Assembly: GCA_958296105.1 (NCBI GenBank)
Contig: OY282441.1
Location: forward strand, 1,813,800-1,877,799
Direction: 5' to 3'
Length of the DNA: 64,000 bases
Source of the DNA: an uncultured Dehalococcoidia bacterium
GTDB lineage: Bacteria; Chloroflexota; Dehalococcoidia; Lucifugimonadales; UBA1123
Shown here: positions 35,836 to 44,589 of the stretch, piece after piece
Layout of the letters: each line of letters starts with the position of its first letter
Position numbering within the stretch: the first letter of the stretch is position 1
Notes under the pieces: model-generated
The model's database searches: none
Told to the model about the DNA's origin: nothing
Seen by the model: the letters and a program-made list of their open reading frames with translations, nothing else
Program-made: the position numbers and the translations under genes

Positions 35836-36073
35836 ATCGGATGACCACTAAGATACGCTTGCGAGACTCCGATGCCCACGCCGAGCTTGTCTGCGGCGAA
35901 GCGGTCATGGCTTGCGAGGACAACATGGAGTTCATGCTCTTGCGTCAAGGGCGAAATACCCCAGCCGTTCCCCTAGTGCTAATCGGAGTAGCCCCCTGAA
36001 CATATGAATCGTCCGCAATGTACAATTACACAGACCGCATCGGCAGCCTGCCCAATCCCACGGAGACCATCAG

Positions 36074-36946
36074 ATGACGACCCAAACCGAAATCCAAGTA
36101 CTCGACAGACGCGCCGCCGAGCGCAAGATGGATTCGCTGCGCTCCATCCTCCACGAGATGGGTACGGTGATCGTGGCATACTCAGGCGGAGTCGATAGCG
36201 CGTTCCTCGCCGCCGCAGCCAACGAAGCGCTCGGACACGAGGCGCTGGCAGTGACCGCCAAATCGCCGAGCCTTGCGCCGTCGGAGCTTCGGGAGGCGGT
36301 CGAGCTTGCGGATCGACTCGGTCTCAACCACCGCGTCATCGAGACCCACGAGGTCGAGCGAGAAGACTACGCCGCCAACAACCCCAACCGCTGCTTCTTC
36401 TGCAAGGACGAGCTGTACACCTACCTGTCGGCTTACGCCAAGCACGAGGGCTTCGCCCACATAGTCAACGGCACGAACACCGACGATCTCGGCGATTTCC
36501 GCCCCGGCCTGAACGCCGCCAAACAGTACGGCGTCCGCAGCCCGATGGTCGAGGCCGATCTGTCCAAGTCCGAAATCCGAACGCTGTCGCGCGATATGGA
36601 CCTGCCGACATGGGACAAGCCCGCGCAGGCGTGTCTGTCGTCTCGAATCCCATACGGAACGCCGGTCACCGTCGAGGCGCTGACGCGCATCGCGCAGGCG
36701 GAGGAGTTCCTGCACGACCTCGGCATCCGCCAGCTGCGCGTCCGCCACCACGACACGATTGCGCGTATCGAGGTGGAGCCTGCGGACTTCTTCACCCTTG
36801 CCCAAGACCCCGCGCGCGAGAAGGTCACGGACTTCTTCCGCTCCATCGGATACTCCTACGTCACCTTGGATCTGGAGGGCTTCCGCTCCGGCAGCCTGAA
36901 CGAGGTGCTGGCTGGCTTGAGGAAGAAGCGGGAATCCAAGCAGTAA
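36074..36946 (+). CDS. larE: LarE-family PP-loop ATP-dependent sulfur transferase
   Basis: PP-loop VAYSGGVDSAF. NPNRCFFCKDELY. SSRIPYGTPVT...RVRHH. TIGR00268-like. Confidence 0.8.
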   Translation: MTTQTEIQVLDRRAAERKMDSLRSILHEMGTVIVAYSGGVDSAFLAAAANEALGHEALAVTAKSPSLAPSELREAVELADRLGLNHRVIETHEVEREDYAANNPNRCFFCKDELYTYLSAYAKHEGFAHIVNGTNTDDLGDFRPGLNAAKQYGVRSPMVEADLSKSEIRTLSRDMDLPTWDKPAQACLSSRIPYGTPVTVEALTRIAQAEEFLHDLGIRQLRVRHHDTIARIEVEPADFFTLAQDPAREKVTDFFRSIGYSYVTLDLEGFRSGSLNEVLAGLRKKRESKQ

Positions 36947-37015
36947 TCGGCGCAGCCCAGCTGCTTTTGAGCTATACATCGGTCTTGAAGTCGATCGACC
37001 CCGAGGGCAAGAGAT

Positions 37016-37369
37016 ATGCTGACACAAGAGCATGTCCACACATCACAGGAGTTCCTCGCTGCGGCGGATCGTGAGTTCGCTGCTGGAGACCTCGTGCAGG
37101 GATCGGAGAAGCTGTGGGGCGCTGCGGCTCACGTGGCAATAGCAGCCGCTCAACAGCGTGGCTGGCCACACCGGAGTCATCGGTCTCTTAAGAACGTCGT
37201 CGAGCGCATGTCCAGAGAGCTGGATGATCCCTTGCTGGCGTCTGATTTTGCCGTAGCGGAGAAGTTCCATCGCAATTTCTACCACGATGATATGGAAGAC
37301 GACGAACGCGATGCAGACCGACCGAAGGTGGAGCGCTTCGTATCTCGTATGCTCGAAATATCCAGCTAA
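37016..37369 (+). CDS. PaREP1-like / HEPN-like four-helix protein, copy b
   Basis: REFAAGDLVQGSEKLWGAAAHVAIAAAQQRGWPHRSHRSL...AEKFHRNFY aligns by eye with the 35449 protein. Confidence 0.45.
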   Translation: MLTQEHVHTSQEFLAAADREFAAGDLVQGSEKLWGAAAHVAIAAAQQRGWPHRSHRSLKNVVERMSRELDDPLLASDFAVAEKFHRNFYHDDMEDDERDADRPKVERFVSRMLEISS

Positions 37370-37379
37370 GGATATTCCC

Positions 37380-37487
37380 ATGCGCACCCTAGACGCCATA
37401 GCTCATATCCTCAAGTTGGAGGGCTTCCGCTCCGGCAGCCTGAACGAAGTGCTTGCGGGCTTGCGAAAGAAGCGGGCGGGGGAGTAG
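37380..37487 (+). repeat. Chimeric junction 1: copy of the ThDP-gene 5' end (to ...LKLEG) fused to a copy of the larE 3' end (FRSGSLNEVLAGLRKKR...); forms a 35-codon mini-ORF
   Basis: 37380-37424 is nearly identical to 39621-39665 (2 mismatches). 37417-37475 is nearly identical to 36872-36933. The crossover lies at the shared T(T/C)GGAGGGC. Confidence 0.85.
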
Positions 37488-37589
37488 AGAGGGACTATCA
37501 GAGCGATCAAGGACGGGATACGCTCGATACTCGATCCCTCGACCATCGAATTCATAAAGCTGCGCGTCAACGCAGTCGTCCGCTTAGTC

Positions 37590-37844
37590 GTGTGCGCCGC
37601 AATACTCGCTGTTGGCTGGATAGCCCTAATGGCAATCGGAATCGTCCTTGATTTTGCGCTAGAATATACACTAGAGGCAGTCAACGCGCCCGACTTTATC
37701 AGAAACCTCTTATCTCCAATGCCGTGGATAGCGCTGGTTGTGTTGGGAGTCGCCATAACGATAACAAGCATTGGCGACGCAGTAAATCTTGCGAAGGTCG
37801 GTCTCAAAAATTCCTACGAACCCAAAAATGGAAATCAGCGATGA
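37590..37844 (+). CDS. Small membrane protein A1 (start uncertain, possibly decaying)
   Basis: Two TM-like segments. Homology to B1 (PSTIE(F/S)I(K/R)) extends upstream of GTG 37590 into a stretch with no ATG. The stop overlaps the A2 start (ATGA). Confidence 0.35.
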   Translation: MCAAILAVGWIALMAIGIVLDFALEYTLEAVNAPDFIRNLLSPMPWIALVVLGVAITITSIGDAVNLAKVGLKNSYEPKNGNQR

Positions 37845-38554
37845 AAGCCAAACTTTCCGAATACATATCCTTCAGAGATGTTCCATTCGCGCTTGTCTGC
37901 GCGATGGCATGGTCGGTCGTCCTGTGGATTGCAGAATATCCTGTGGGCGAACGCATAGGCGTAGTCGTAATCGCATACGTCGCGCTGTGGACGTCGCGCT
38001 TGGCAATCGTCTCGGCGACGCTTTTCCTGTCAAAACATCTACACAAACTGACTATGGAAACTGCGGAACGTTTGGGCGTCGAGATTCCCGAAGAACCGTC
38101 GTCTGCCGTCCCGACCATAACCCGCGTTTTGATCGTCGTTTTCCTATCGTCGGCAATGCTCCTATCCATGATGGGGTTGTCCCTAATGGTTACGTTTCCC
38201 GTGGCAGCCGTTGTGGGATTGTCGCCGCTCTCCGCCGGATTCGGAATCGCAGGGTTGACTATGTTCGCGTTGGGAGCAATCGAATTGTCGCTGCTCTTCG
38301 GCGTTCCATACATCATGGTCGCCAGAACAGAATCGGTCGTTAACAAGAAATTGGAAGCCGGGATCCGGGCAACATCCAGCATATTGGGCGCGCGTCCGAT
38401 GAGAGCGCCGGGATTCGCGCTGAGTCCGAACACCGTCGTCAGGATGCGGCGCGAACGGCAACTACTACAGATGATACTGCAAGCTGGGATTCGCGCTGAG
38501 TCCGAACACCGTCGTCAGCCGATAACCGAACCGAAATCGGAGGCTCCCCCATGA
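37841..38554 (+). CDS. Membrane protein A2 (237 aa), paralogue of B2
   Basis: YPVGERIGVVVIAYVALWTSRLAI versus B2 YPVDQWVGIVVIAYVSLCLSRVLI. Four or more hydrophobic segments. ATG 37841. Confidence 0.55.
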   Translation: MKAKLSEYISFRDVPFALVCAMAWSVVLWIAEYPVGERIGVVVIAYVALWTSRLAIVSATLFLSKHLHKLTMETAERLGVEIPEEPSSAVPTITRVLIVVFLSSAMLLSMMGLSLMVTFPVAAVVGLSPLSAGFGIAGLTMFALGAIELSLLFGVPYIMVARTESVVNKKLEAGIRATSSILGARPMRAPGFALSPNTVVRMRRERQLLQMILQAGIRAESEHRRQPITEPKSEAPP

Positions 38555-38640
38555 AAGTACTCGACGCCATTACCCATATCCTCAAGTTGGAGGGCTTCCG
38601 CTCCGGCAGCCTGAACGACGGGCTTGCGGAAGAAGCGGGA
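38551..38640 (+). repeat. Chimeric junction 2 (ThDP 5' copy + larE 3' copy, more degraded, with indels)
   Basis: atgaaagtactcgacgccattacccatatcctcaagttggagggcttccgctccggcagcctgaacga... Its ATG overlaps the A2 stop (ATGA). Confidence 0.8.
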
Positions 38641-38699
38641 TGCGGGCGCGTAGATCGTTCTCGCGCCGCGAGACAATATTCGACCGTGTGAGGGAGGCC

Positions 38700-39041
38700 A
38701 TGTTCAGACTCTACCCATCCACAATTGAATCCATAAGGTTCTACTTCAACAGCGCAGTGCTGGGAATCGCGTTTGCCGCAGCGTCCTCAGTCATGGCGGC
38801 AACCAGCATACCCCTGAAATGGGCGCTAGACTATCTATTGACAGTGTTCGAGGTTTCGGAGCGTGTTCAGGCGATCATGTCCCAGCTCGCCATAGGGTTT
38901 CCAATCGTATTTGCGCTTGGGATTTTCTTCAGCGGGATCATGGACATGTTTCATCTGATAAAATTCAGAATTACACACCCAATCAATATGGAAAGAGATT
39001 CCACCGATGTACGTCAGATCGACAGGGAAGATAATAGCTAG
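38700..39041 (+). CDS. Small membrane protein B1 (113 aa)
   Basis: ATG 38700 is preceded by GAGGGAGG. Two TM-like segments. The N-terminus aligns with the A1 upstream region. Confidence 0.45.
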   Translation: MFRLYPSTIESIRFYFNSAVLGIAFAAASSVMAATSIPLKWALDYLLTVFEVSERVQAIMSQLAIGFPIVFALGIFFSGIMDMFHLIKFRITHPINMERDSTDVRQIDREDNS

Positions 39042-39591
39042 AGAGCTGTTGCTGTCCTTTGTCTATACGACAATCTGGTTCGTCATCCTGTTCGCCGTCT
39101 CCTATCCGGTGGATCAGTGGGTTGGCATCGTTGTCATCGCATACGTCTCACTGTGCCTGTCGAGGGTGTTGATTGCCAATCTCGCCGTATTCCTGCTAAC
39201 CAGACTGCATGAGTATGGATCACAGGTAGCGGCGCGCATGGGAATAGAGCGTTCAGACCCCACAGACAATCGAGCATCTCGCGCAGCAGCCTCGCTGTTT
39301 CTCTTCGGTGTGCTGGCAGCGATCTTCGGTTTGACGCTCACCATCACAGGCGCGTGGGCGTCCTATGCGGGACTATGGCCTCTGGGCCGAGTATTCGACC
39401 TTGCTGGGTGGGCGATGCTGTCAGTGGGCTCGTGCATGACAGCGCTGTTCTTCCTCGGTTCTTACCTTCTGTTCAAGGGGGGCGAGGTTCTGTCGGACAA
39501 GCTGAGCAGCCGTGTCAACGCTATCGAACAGTCAAAGGCGCTGGTGGGGAGTTGGAGCGCTAACCCAGCTGCGTTGTCCGCCCCCAGATAG
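39007..39591 (+). CDS. Membrane protein B2 (194 aa), paralogue of A2
   Basis: See A2. Hydrophobic segments throughout. Confidence 0.55.
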   Translation: MYVRSTGKIIARELLLSFVYTTIWFVILFAVSYPVDQWVGIVVIAYVSLCLSRVLIANLAVFLLTRLHEYGSQVAARMGIERSDPTDNRASRAAASLFLFGVLAAIFGLTLTITGAWASYAGLWPLGRVFDLAGWAMLSVGSCMTALFFLGSYLLFKGGEVLSDKLSSRVNAIEQSKALVGSWSANPAALSAPR

Positions 39592-39620
39592 TCCCCATCT
39601 CACACCCCTAGGAGACCCCC

Positions 39621-41267
39621 ATGCGCACCCTAGACGCCATAGCTCGCATACTCAAGTTGGAGGGCATCGAGTACCTCAGCGCCTTCCCGACCACATCGCT
39701 AATCGAGTCGGCGGCGGACATTGGCATCAGGCCCATCATATGCAGGCAGGAGCGAGTCGGGGTCGGCATTGCGGACGGCTACTCGCGCGTCACCAACGGC
39801 AGGCCCGCAGGCGTCTTTGCCATGCAGTACGGGCCTGGAGCCGAAAACGCATACGCGGGCGTAGCCACCGCGTTCTCGGACGCCGTGCCGATGCTGCTTC
39901 TACCGCTCGGACATCCGAGCGGGCGGGATGGCGTGTATCCACACTTCAGCTCCGTCCGAAGTTACGAGTCCGTCACCAAGAACGTCGAGCGTCTTCATTC
40001 TCCGTCCTTGGTCGCAGACGCCATGCGCCGCGCCTTCGCGCTGCTGAAGATGGGACGTCCCGGCCCCGTGATGGTCGAGATACCGGCCGACGTGGGCGAG
40101 ATGGAAGTCCCCGATGGCGTACTCGAAAGCTACATGCCAGTGAAGGCGGCCGTCGCCGGAGCCAACGTCGCCGACGTGGACGAGGCGGCGGCGCTCCTGC
40201 TGGCGGCAGACAGCCCCATCGTGTACGCCGGACAGGGCGTCATGCACGCGGAGGCCACCGATGATCTCGTCGAGCTTGCCGAGCTGCTCCATATTCCGGT
40301 CACCACCAGCATGGCGGGCAAGAGCGGCTTCCCGGAGAAGCACCCGCTCTCTCTCGGCTCCAGCTCGGGGGTGATGAACGGCGCGGCGTACCGCTTCATA
40401 GAGAATGCGGACGTGGTGTTCGCCGTCGGATCCAGCCTCACCAAGCACGGAATGACGCTCACCATCCCGCCGGACAAGACGCTCATACAGGCGACCAACG
40501 ACCCCATCGACATCTCCAAGAGCTACCGCGTAGAGTACCCGCTGCTGGGCGACGCCAAGCTGATCATCCGCCAGATGATCGAGGCGTGCCGCGACCGTCT
40601 TGGCGGCGCGCTCAGAGACGGCGCGACCGCTGAGGAGATCGCCGCCGCGCGCCGCGCGTGGCTGAGCGGGTGGATGCGCAAGCTGGCGTCCGACGAGACG
40701 CCGATCAACCCGTATCGCGTGATGTGGGAGTTCATGCAGAACGTGGACCCGAATCACGCCATAGTCACCCACGACTCGGGCAGTCCGCGCGATCAGCTGA
40801 TGCCCTTCTATCGAGCGGGCGGACCCCACACGTATCTGGGCTGGGGCAAGTCGCACGGACTCGGCACCGGACTCGGTCTGAACATCGGCGCGAAGCTGGC
40901 AGATCCGCAGAAGTTCGTGGTCAACTTCATGGGAGACGCCGCGTTCGGCATGACCGGCATGGACTTCGAGACGGCGGCGCGCTCCGCTATCCCCATCCTG
41001 ACCATCGTGCTGAACAACTCCTCCATGGCTATCGAGACTTCGCACATGGCGCGCTCCCACGAGCTTTACCGCACACGCGAGCTCGGCGGGAGCTACGCGG
41101 AGCTTGGGCGCGCTATGGGCGGGTGGGCAGAGAAGATCGAAGACCCTTCCGACGTCGCCCCCGCCATACTGAGGGCGAAGGCGGCGACCGAAGACGGGCG
41201 CGCCGCACTCCTGGAGTTCGTCACCAGCGAGGAGGGCGAGTTCAGCCACCGCAGGCCGTTCGGGTAG
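39621..41267 (+). CDS. Thiamine-diphosphate-dependent enzyme (acetolactate-synthase / sulfoacetaldehyde-acetyltransferase-like)
   Basis: Three-domain layout. N-terminal LKLEGIEYLSAFPT. ThDP-binding GDAAFGMTGMDFETAARSAIPILTIVLNN. Confidence 0.85.
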   Translation: MRTLDAIARILKLEGIEYLSAFPTTSLIESAADIGIRPIICRQERVGVGIADGYSRVTNGRPAGVFAMQYGPGAENAYAGVATAFSDAVPMLLLPLGHPSGRDGVYPHFSSVRSYESVTKNVERLHSPSLVADAMRRAFALLKMGRPGPVMVEIPADVGEMEVPDGVLESYMPVKAAVAGANVADVDEAAALLLAADSPIVYAGQGVMHAEATDDLVELAELLHIPVTTSMAGKSGFPEKHPLSLGSSSGVMNGAAYRFIENADVVFAVGSSLTKHGMTLTIPPDKTLIQATNDPIDISKSYRVEYPLLGDAKLIIRQMIEACRDRLGGALRDGATAEEIAAARRAWLSGWMRKLASDETPINPYRVMWEFMQNVDPNHAIVTHDSGSPRDQLMPFYRAGGPHTYLGWGKSHGLGTGLGLNIGAKLADPQKFVVNFMGDAAFGMTGMDFETAARSAIPILTIVLNNSSMAIETSHMARSHELYRTRELGGSYAELGRAMGGWAEKIEDPSDVAPAILRAKAATEDGRAALLEFVTSEEGEFSHRRPFG

Positions 41268-41285
41268 GCGCAGGCGGCAGCCGCA

Positions 41286-42203
41286 ATGAATCGCCGAGCA
41301 GCCACGCGCTGCCTATCCCTGACCGTTGCCGTTCTCGCGCTCGTCCTCGCCACGAGCTGCTCCGACGGCTCCACTCCGCAGAGTTCGCCCCCGATTCCAG
41401 ATGGCCTTCCCGACCGCCTCGAGGTTTTGATGGCTTCGACCGATCTGGCGGTGGGCGACAACCGCGTGTCGTTCGGCCTTCTCCGTCCCGGCAAAGGGAC
41501 CGTGAGGGGCGGCGAGGTGGAGGTTCAGACCTTCTTTCTGTCCGAGGGAGATTCGTCCACGCCCAGACAGTCTGTTCAGGCGGAGTTCCGCGAGTGGCCG
41601 GGCGGCGCGGGCGGCGCGTATGCCGCCAGCCTGCGATTCGATCATGCGGGGGAGTGGGGGCTTCGTATCGAGACGCGGCTTCCTGACGGCTCCAGTCTGC
41701 TCGGCGGATCCAGGGTGGACGTGAAGCAGACCAGCTCGACCCCACCCATCGGCTCCGCCGCGCCGCGAAGCGCGAACAGGACTGCCGATGACGTGGACGA
41801 TCTGGCCGATCTCACCACAGACACGGCCCCAGACCCCGATCTCTACCGCAAGACCATTGCGGCGGCTCTGGACGAGCGAATGCCGCTGCTAGTCAGCTTC
41901 GCCACCCCCGCTTACTGCCGAACCGCTACCTGCGGGCCGCAGCTGGGGGTGGTCAAGAGGCTGAAGGACAGCTACTCCGAGCGGATGAACTTCATCCACG
42001 TGGAGGTGTACGACAACTTGGCGGAAATTCGGGAGCGGGGCATAGGCGCGGCTCGTCTAACCCCCGTTCTCGACGAGTGGGGACTTCCCAGCGAGCCATG
42101 GACGTTCGTGATCGACGGAGCGGGCGACGTCAGCGCGAAGTTCGAGGGATTCGTGAACGAGGACGAGCTGACCTCCGCGATTGCCCAAGCTCTGCGCCCC
42201 TGA
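41286..42203 (+). CDS. Lipoprotein: Ig-like (YtkA/FixH-type) N-domain + thioredoxin-like C-domain
   Basis: Lipobox LATSC. LLVSFATPAYCRTATCGPQL...WTFVIDGAGDV resembles a thioredoxin-fold Cys pair. Confidence 0.45.
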   Translation: MNRRAATRCLSLTVAVLALVLATSCSDGSTPQSSPPIPDGLPDRLEVLMASTDLAVGDNRVSFGLLRPGKGTVRGGEVEVQTFFLSEGDSSTPRQSVQAEFREWPGGAGGAYAASLRFDHAGEWGLRIETRLPDGSSLLGGSRVDVKQTSSTPPIGSAAPRSANRTADDVDDLADLTTDTAPDPDLYRKTIAAALDERMPLLVSFATPAYCRTATCGPQLGVVKRLKDSYSERMNFIHVEVYDNLAEIRERGIGAARLTPVLDEWGLPSEPWTFVIDGAGDVSAKFEGFVNEDELTSAIAQALRP

Positions 42204-42209
42204 TGACGC

Positions 42210-42830
42210 TCACGCCAGCCATGAGACGACCTGAGACTGCGGGGATCTCCGCGACGTGGGCGCCGTCTTGGGCGCGCCCAAGAACATCGCGCCGACCATC
42301 ATCCAGTCGCTCTCCGCGCCGAGCGTGGCAGCAAGGTCGGGGTGCTGGGTGACGCCGCCGGTACTCCAGTCTAGGCAAAGCCCCTCGGCGACCGCTGCCA
42401 GCGCCATGTTCTGCACCGCGCAGCAGGCAGTGGCGTAGTTTTCTCGCGTAACCTCTTCGCTGTCTCCGGGGACGCTGTACACGTACACCAGCGCCGGAGC
42501 GTCCAGAACGCGCCTTCTGCTCGCCTCTGCGGAGCGTCGCCTTTGCTCTGGGTTCGGGTTGACCACCTTCTTGGCGGCGACTTCTGCGCCCATCTCCGCC
42601 ACCCGCGCCCTGATCTGGCTGCCCTCTCGCAGAACGAAGAACCGCGTAGGCTCGGTCAGACGGTGGTTCGGCGCCCAGATCGCGGCGTCGAACAGCCTGT
42701 TCAGAGCCTCGTCAGAAACTCGTTCGTCGGTGAACTCCTTGCTCATGCGCCTGCGGAAGATGGCGTCGTACACGCTCGTAGTAGTCTCCGGCACCTCGAT
42801 GTCTCTGCTGCTGATCTTGGACTGCTGCAT
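42210..42830 (-). CDS. Nitroreductase-family protein
   Basis: ORF 42210..43187, but only the last ~205 aa are protein-like. RRMSKEFTDERVSDEALNRLFDAAIWAPNHRLTEPTRF. ATG 42830 is preceded by GGAGG (42845 is an alternative). Confidence 0.75.
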   Translation of the reverse strand: MQQSKISSRDIEVPETTTSVYDAIFRRRMSKEFTDERVSDEALNRLFDAAIWAPNHRLTEPTRFFVLREGSQIRARVAEMGAEVAAKKVVNPNPEQRRRSAEASRRRVLDAPALVYVYSVPGDSEEVTRENYATACCAVQNMALAAVAEGLCLDWSTGGVTQHPDLAATLGAESDWMMVGAMFLGAPKTAPTSRRSPQSQVVSWLA

Positions 42831-42982
42831 CTGCTCCACCTCCATTTGATTCTGCCCCACTTTAACAGATGGCGGACAGGGTGGCGAAGACTGCTGGAAA
42901 AGAGTACGGCTCGCTGTCGTGGCATGATCAGCGAGCCGTGTAAATGGGGGAGCGGTAGATGCGCCGCTGAGCGGATGTGCGG

Positions 42983-43372
42983 CTACACTGTCGAGTATGC
43001 CATCTGCTGGTCTATGACCCCGAAGATTCTCTCCGAAGTCAGCAGCCCTTCCAGCCTGCCTTTTGCCACCACCGGGAGATAGTCGAGCTCGCCGTCTATT
43101 ATGGTTAGCGAGACGTTGTCGATGTGGGCGTCGGGCGCGACGGTCTGGCGCTGGGCGATCATGTGCCGGCCGACGCTGCACCGCCATGGGATATGGCCAT
43201 CCGCCATGCAGCCGAGAACCATGTCGCTATCGGTGATGACGCCCTCGACCGAGCCGCCGCTCGTCGCCACCAAGTACGAGACGCCGTTGTCGCGCATCAG
43301 CTTGGCGGCTTCGAACACGGTGTCTCCCGCGTCGACGCTGTAAGTTGGGTACATGAGTTCACTTACGTTCAT
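42983..43372 (-). CDS. CBS-domain pair protein
   Basis: VSELMYPTYSVDAGDTVFEAAKLMRDNGVSYLVAT...GVITDSDM and a second CBS repeat. ATG 43372 or 43393. Confidence 0.75.
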   Translation of the reverse strand: MNVSELMYPTYSVDAGDTVFEAAKLMRDNGVSYLVATSGGSVEGVITDSDMVLGCMADGHIPWRCSVGRHMIAQRQTVAPDAHIDNVSLTIIDGELDYLPVVAKGRLEGLLTSERIFGVIDQQMAYSTV

Positions 43373-43529
43373 CCTCAGTATCCCTCCATGCAATCTTCAA
43401 CGGCGTCTGTCCGACTGCCATGAAATTATTCTACATATCGTGTGTTAAGTCCATGTTAAGCTGGTGTTACATATGTGTGAATTTTCGGACTCCCACGCGG
43501 CGGCTCACTTGTGATATATTGCACATGCT

Positions 43530-44231
43530 ATGACGTATTCGACCCAAGCGCTCAGAGACGCTCCGCCGCGAGGGTTGCTCAGAGATGCGCTCCTCGCAGC
43601 CAGCGCGCTGCTTATGGCTCTCACTCTGTACCTCGTCTACTTCTGGGCGCCGACCGAGCAGAATCTCGGCGTGTCCCAGCGCATCTTCTACTTCCACGTT
43701 CCGCTGGGCTGGATAGGGATGGTGTCCATAGTCGTCGTGGCGGCTGCCAGCATCCTTCACCTAGCCACAGGCCGCCAGAAGTGGGACGATCTGGCATACT
43801 CGACCGCGGAGCTTGGAATCGTCTACGCCAGCCTCATCATCGTTACGGGGGCTGTATGGGGCAAGCCTGTTTGGGGCGTGTGGTGGACGTGGGATCCAAA
43901 GCTGACGACGACTCTGGTGCTGTGGTTCATCTACGTTGGATACCTAATGATGCGCTCATACGGGCCTGCGGGCGCGCAGGGCAAGCGGTTCGCCGCGATT
44001 ATAGCGCTGATCGGAGCCATAGACGCGCCCATCATATACAAGGCTACCGACTGGTGGCGCACGGCGCACCCCGAGAACAACGTTCCCGGCGGCCTCGACG
44101 ATCGGATCTTGATTACGCTGCTGGTATCGGTGCTGACTTTCACTGTAATGTACGTGTATCTGCTGATGGAGCGGTACTCGCTCCGAAGGTCGGAGTCGGA
44201 CCTCGATGAGCTTTATCGAAGGGTTGCGTAA
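43530..44231 (+). CDS. ccmC: Heme exporter / cytochrome c maturation protein CcmC
   Basis: Trp-rich WWD motif WGKPVWGVWWTWDPKLT. Conserved His in FYFHVP. Six TM-like segments. Confidence 0.85.
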   Translation: MTYSTQALRDAPPRGLLRDALLAASALLMALTLYLVYFWAPTEQNLGVSQRIFYFHVPLGWIGMVSIVVVAAASILHLATGRQKWDDLAYSTAELGIVYASLIIVTGAVWGKPVWGVWWTWDPKLTTTLVLWFIYVGYLMMRSYGPAGAQGKRFAAIIALIGAIDAPIIYKATDWWRTAHPENNVPGGLDDRILITLLVSVLTFTVMYVYLLMERYSLRRSESDLDELYRRVA

Positions 44232-44559
44232 CAGCCCACTCTTCCGCGTGGCGCTGCTGGGCGCGCTGATCGCGCTCGGCTTGGCGGCGTGGTCCGCTTT
44301 CGGGACGGTCGGCGCGTATGATGTCCCTTTCGGGATGCAGCCCGCGCCCGCTCCGCAAGCGCAGCAGAGCGCGGAGGCGAACCTGCCGTTCTTGTTCGCC
44401 GTGTTCATCGTCACTTGGGCGGCGTTCTTCGGTTACGTCCTGTACGTATCCCGCCGCCAGCGTGAAATGCAGGGCGAGATCGAAGCGCTCAGGCGCGCGC
44501 TCGACGACCGCGAGCGCAGCTCCGCCGATCAGCGCCGTGAAACAAACCCCAACAACTGA
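44206..44559 (+). CDS. CcmD-like small membrane protein
   Basis: C-terminal TM plus basic segment LPFLFAVFIVTWAAFFGYVLYVSRRQRE, as in CcmD-family proteins. Position between ccmC and ccmE. Start uncertain. Confidence 0.5.
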   Translation: MSFIEGLRNSPLFRVALLGALIALGLAAWSAFGTVGAYDVPFGMQPAPAPQAQQSAEANLPFLFAVFIVTWAAFFGYVLYVSRRQREMQGEIEALRRALDDRERSSADQRRETNPNN

Positions 44560-44589
44560 GCCGCAACTGTTCAGAGGCGAGACAGCCAG

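Noticed and set aside
35841-35999. Short ORF MTTKIRLRDSDAHAELVCGEAVMACEDNMEFMLLRQG... that faintly resembles the N-terminus of N6/N4 DNA methyltransferases (..I.L..GD..E.L..L).
   Set aside because: Only ~50 codons, no catalytic DPPY motif, and the similarity is too weak to call even as a pseudogene fragment.
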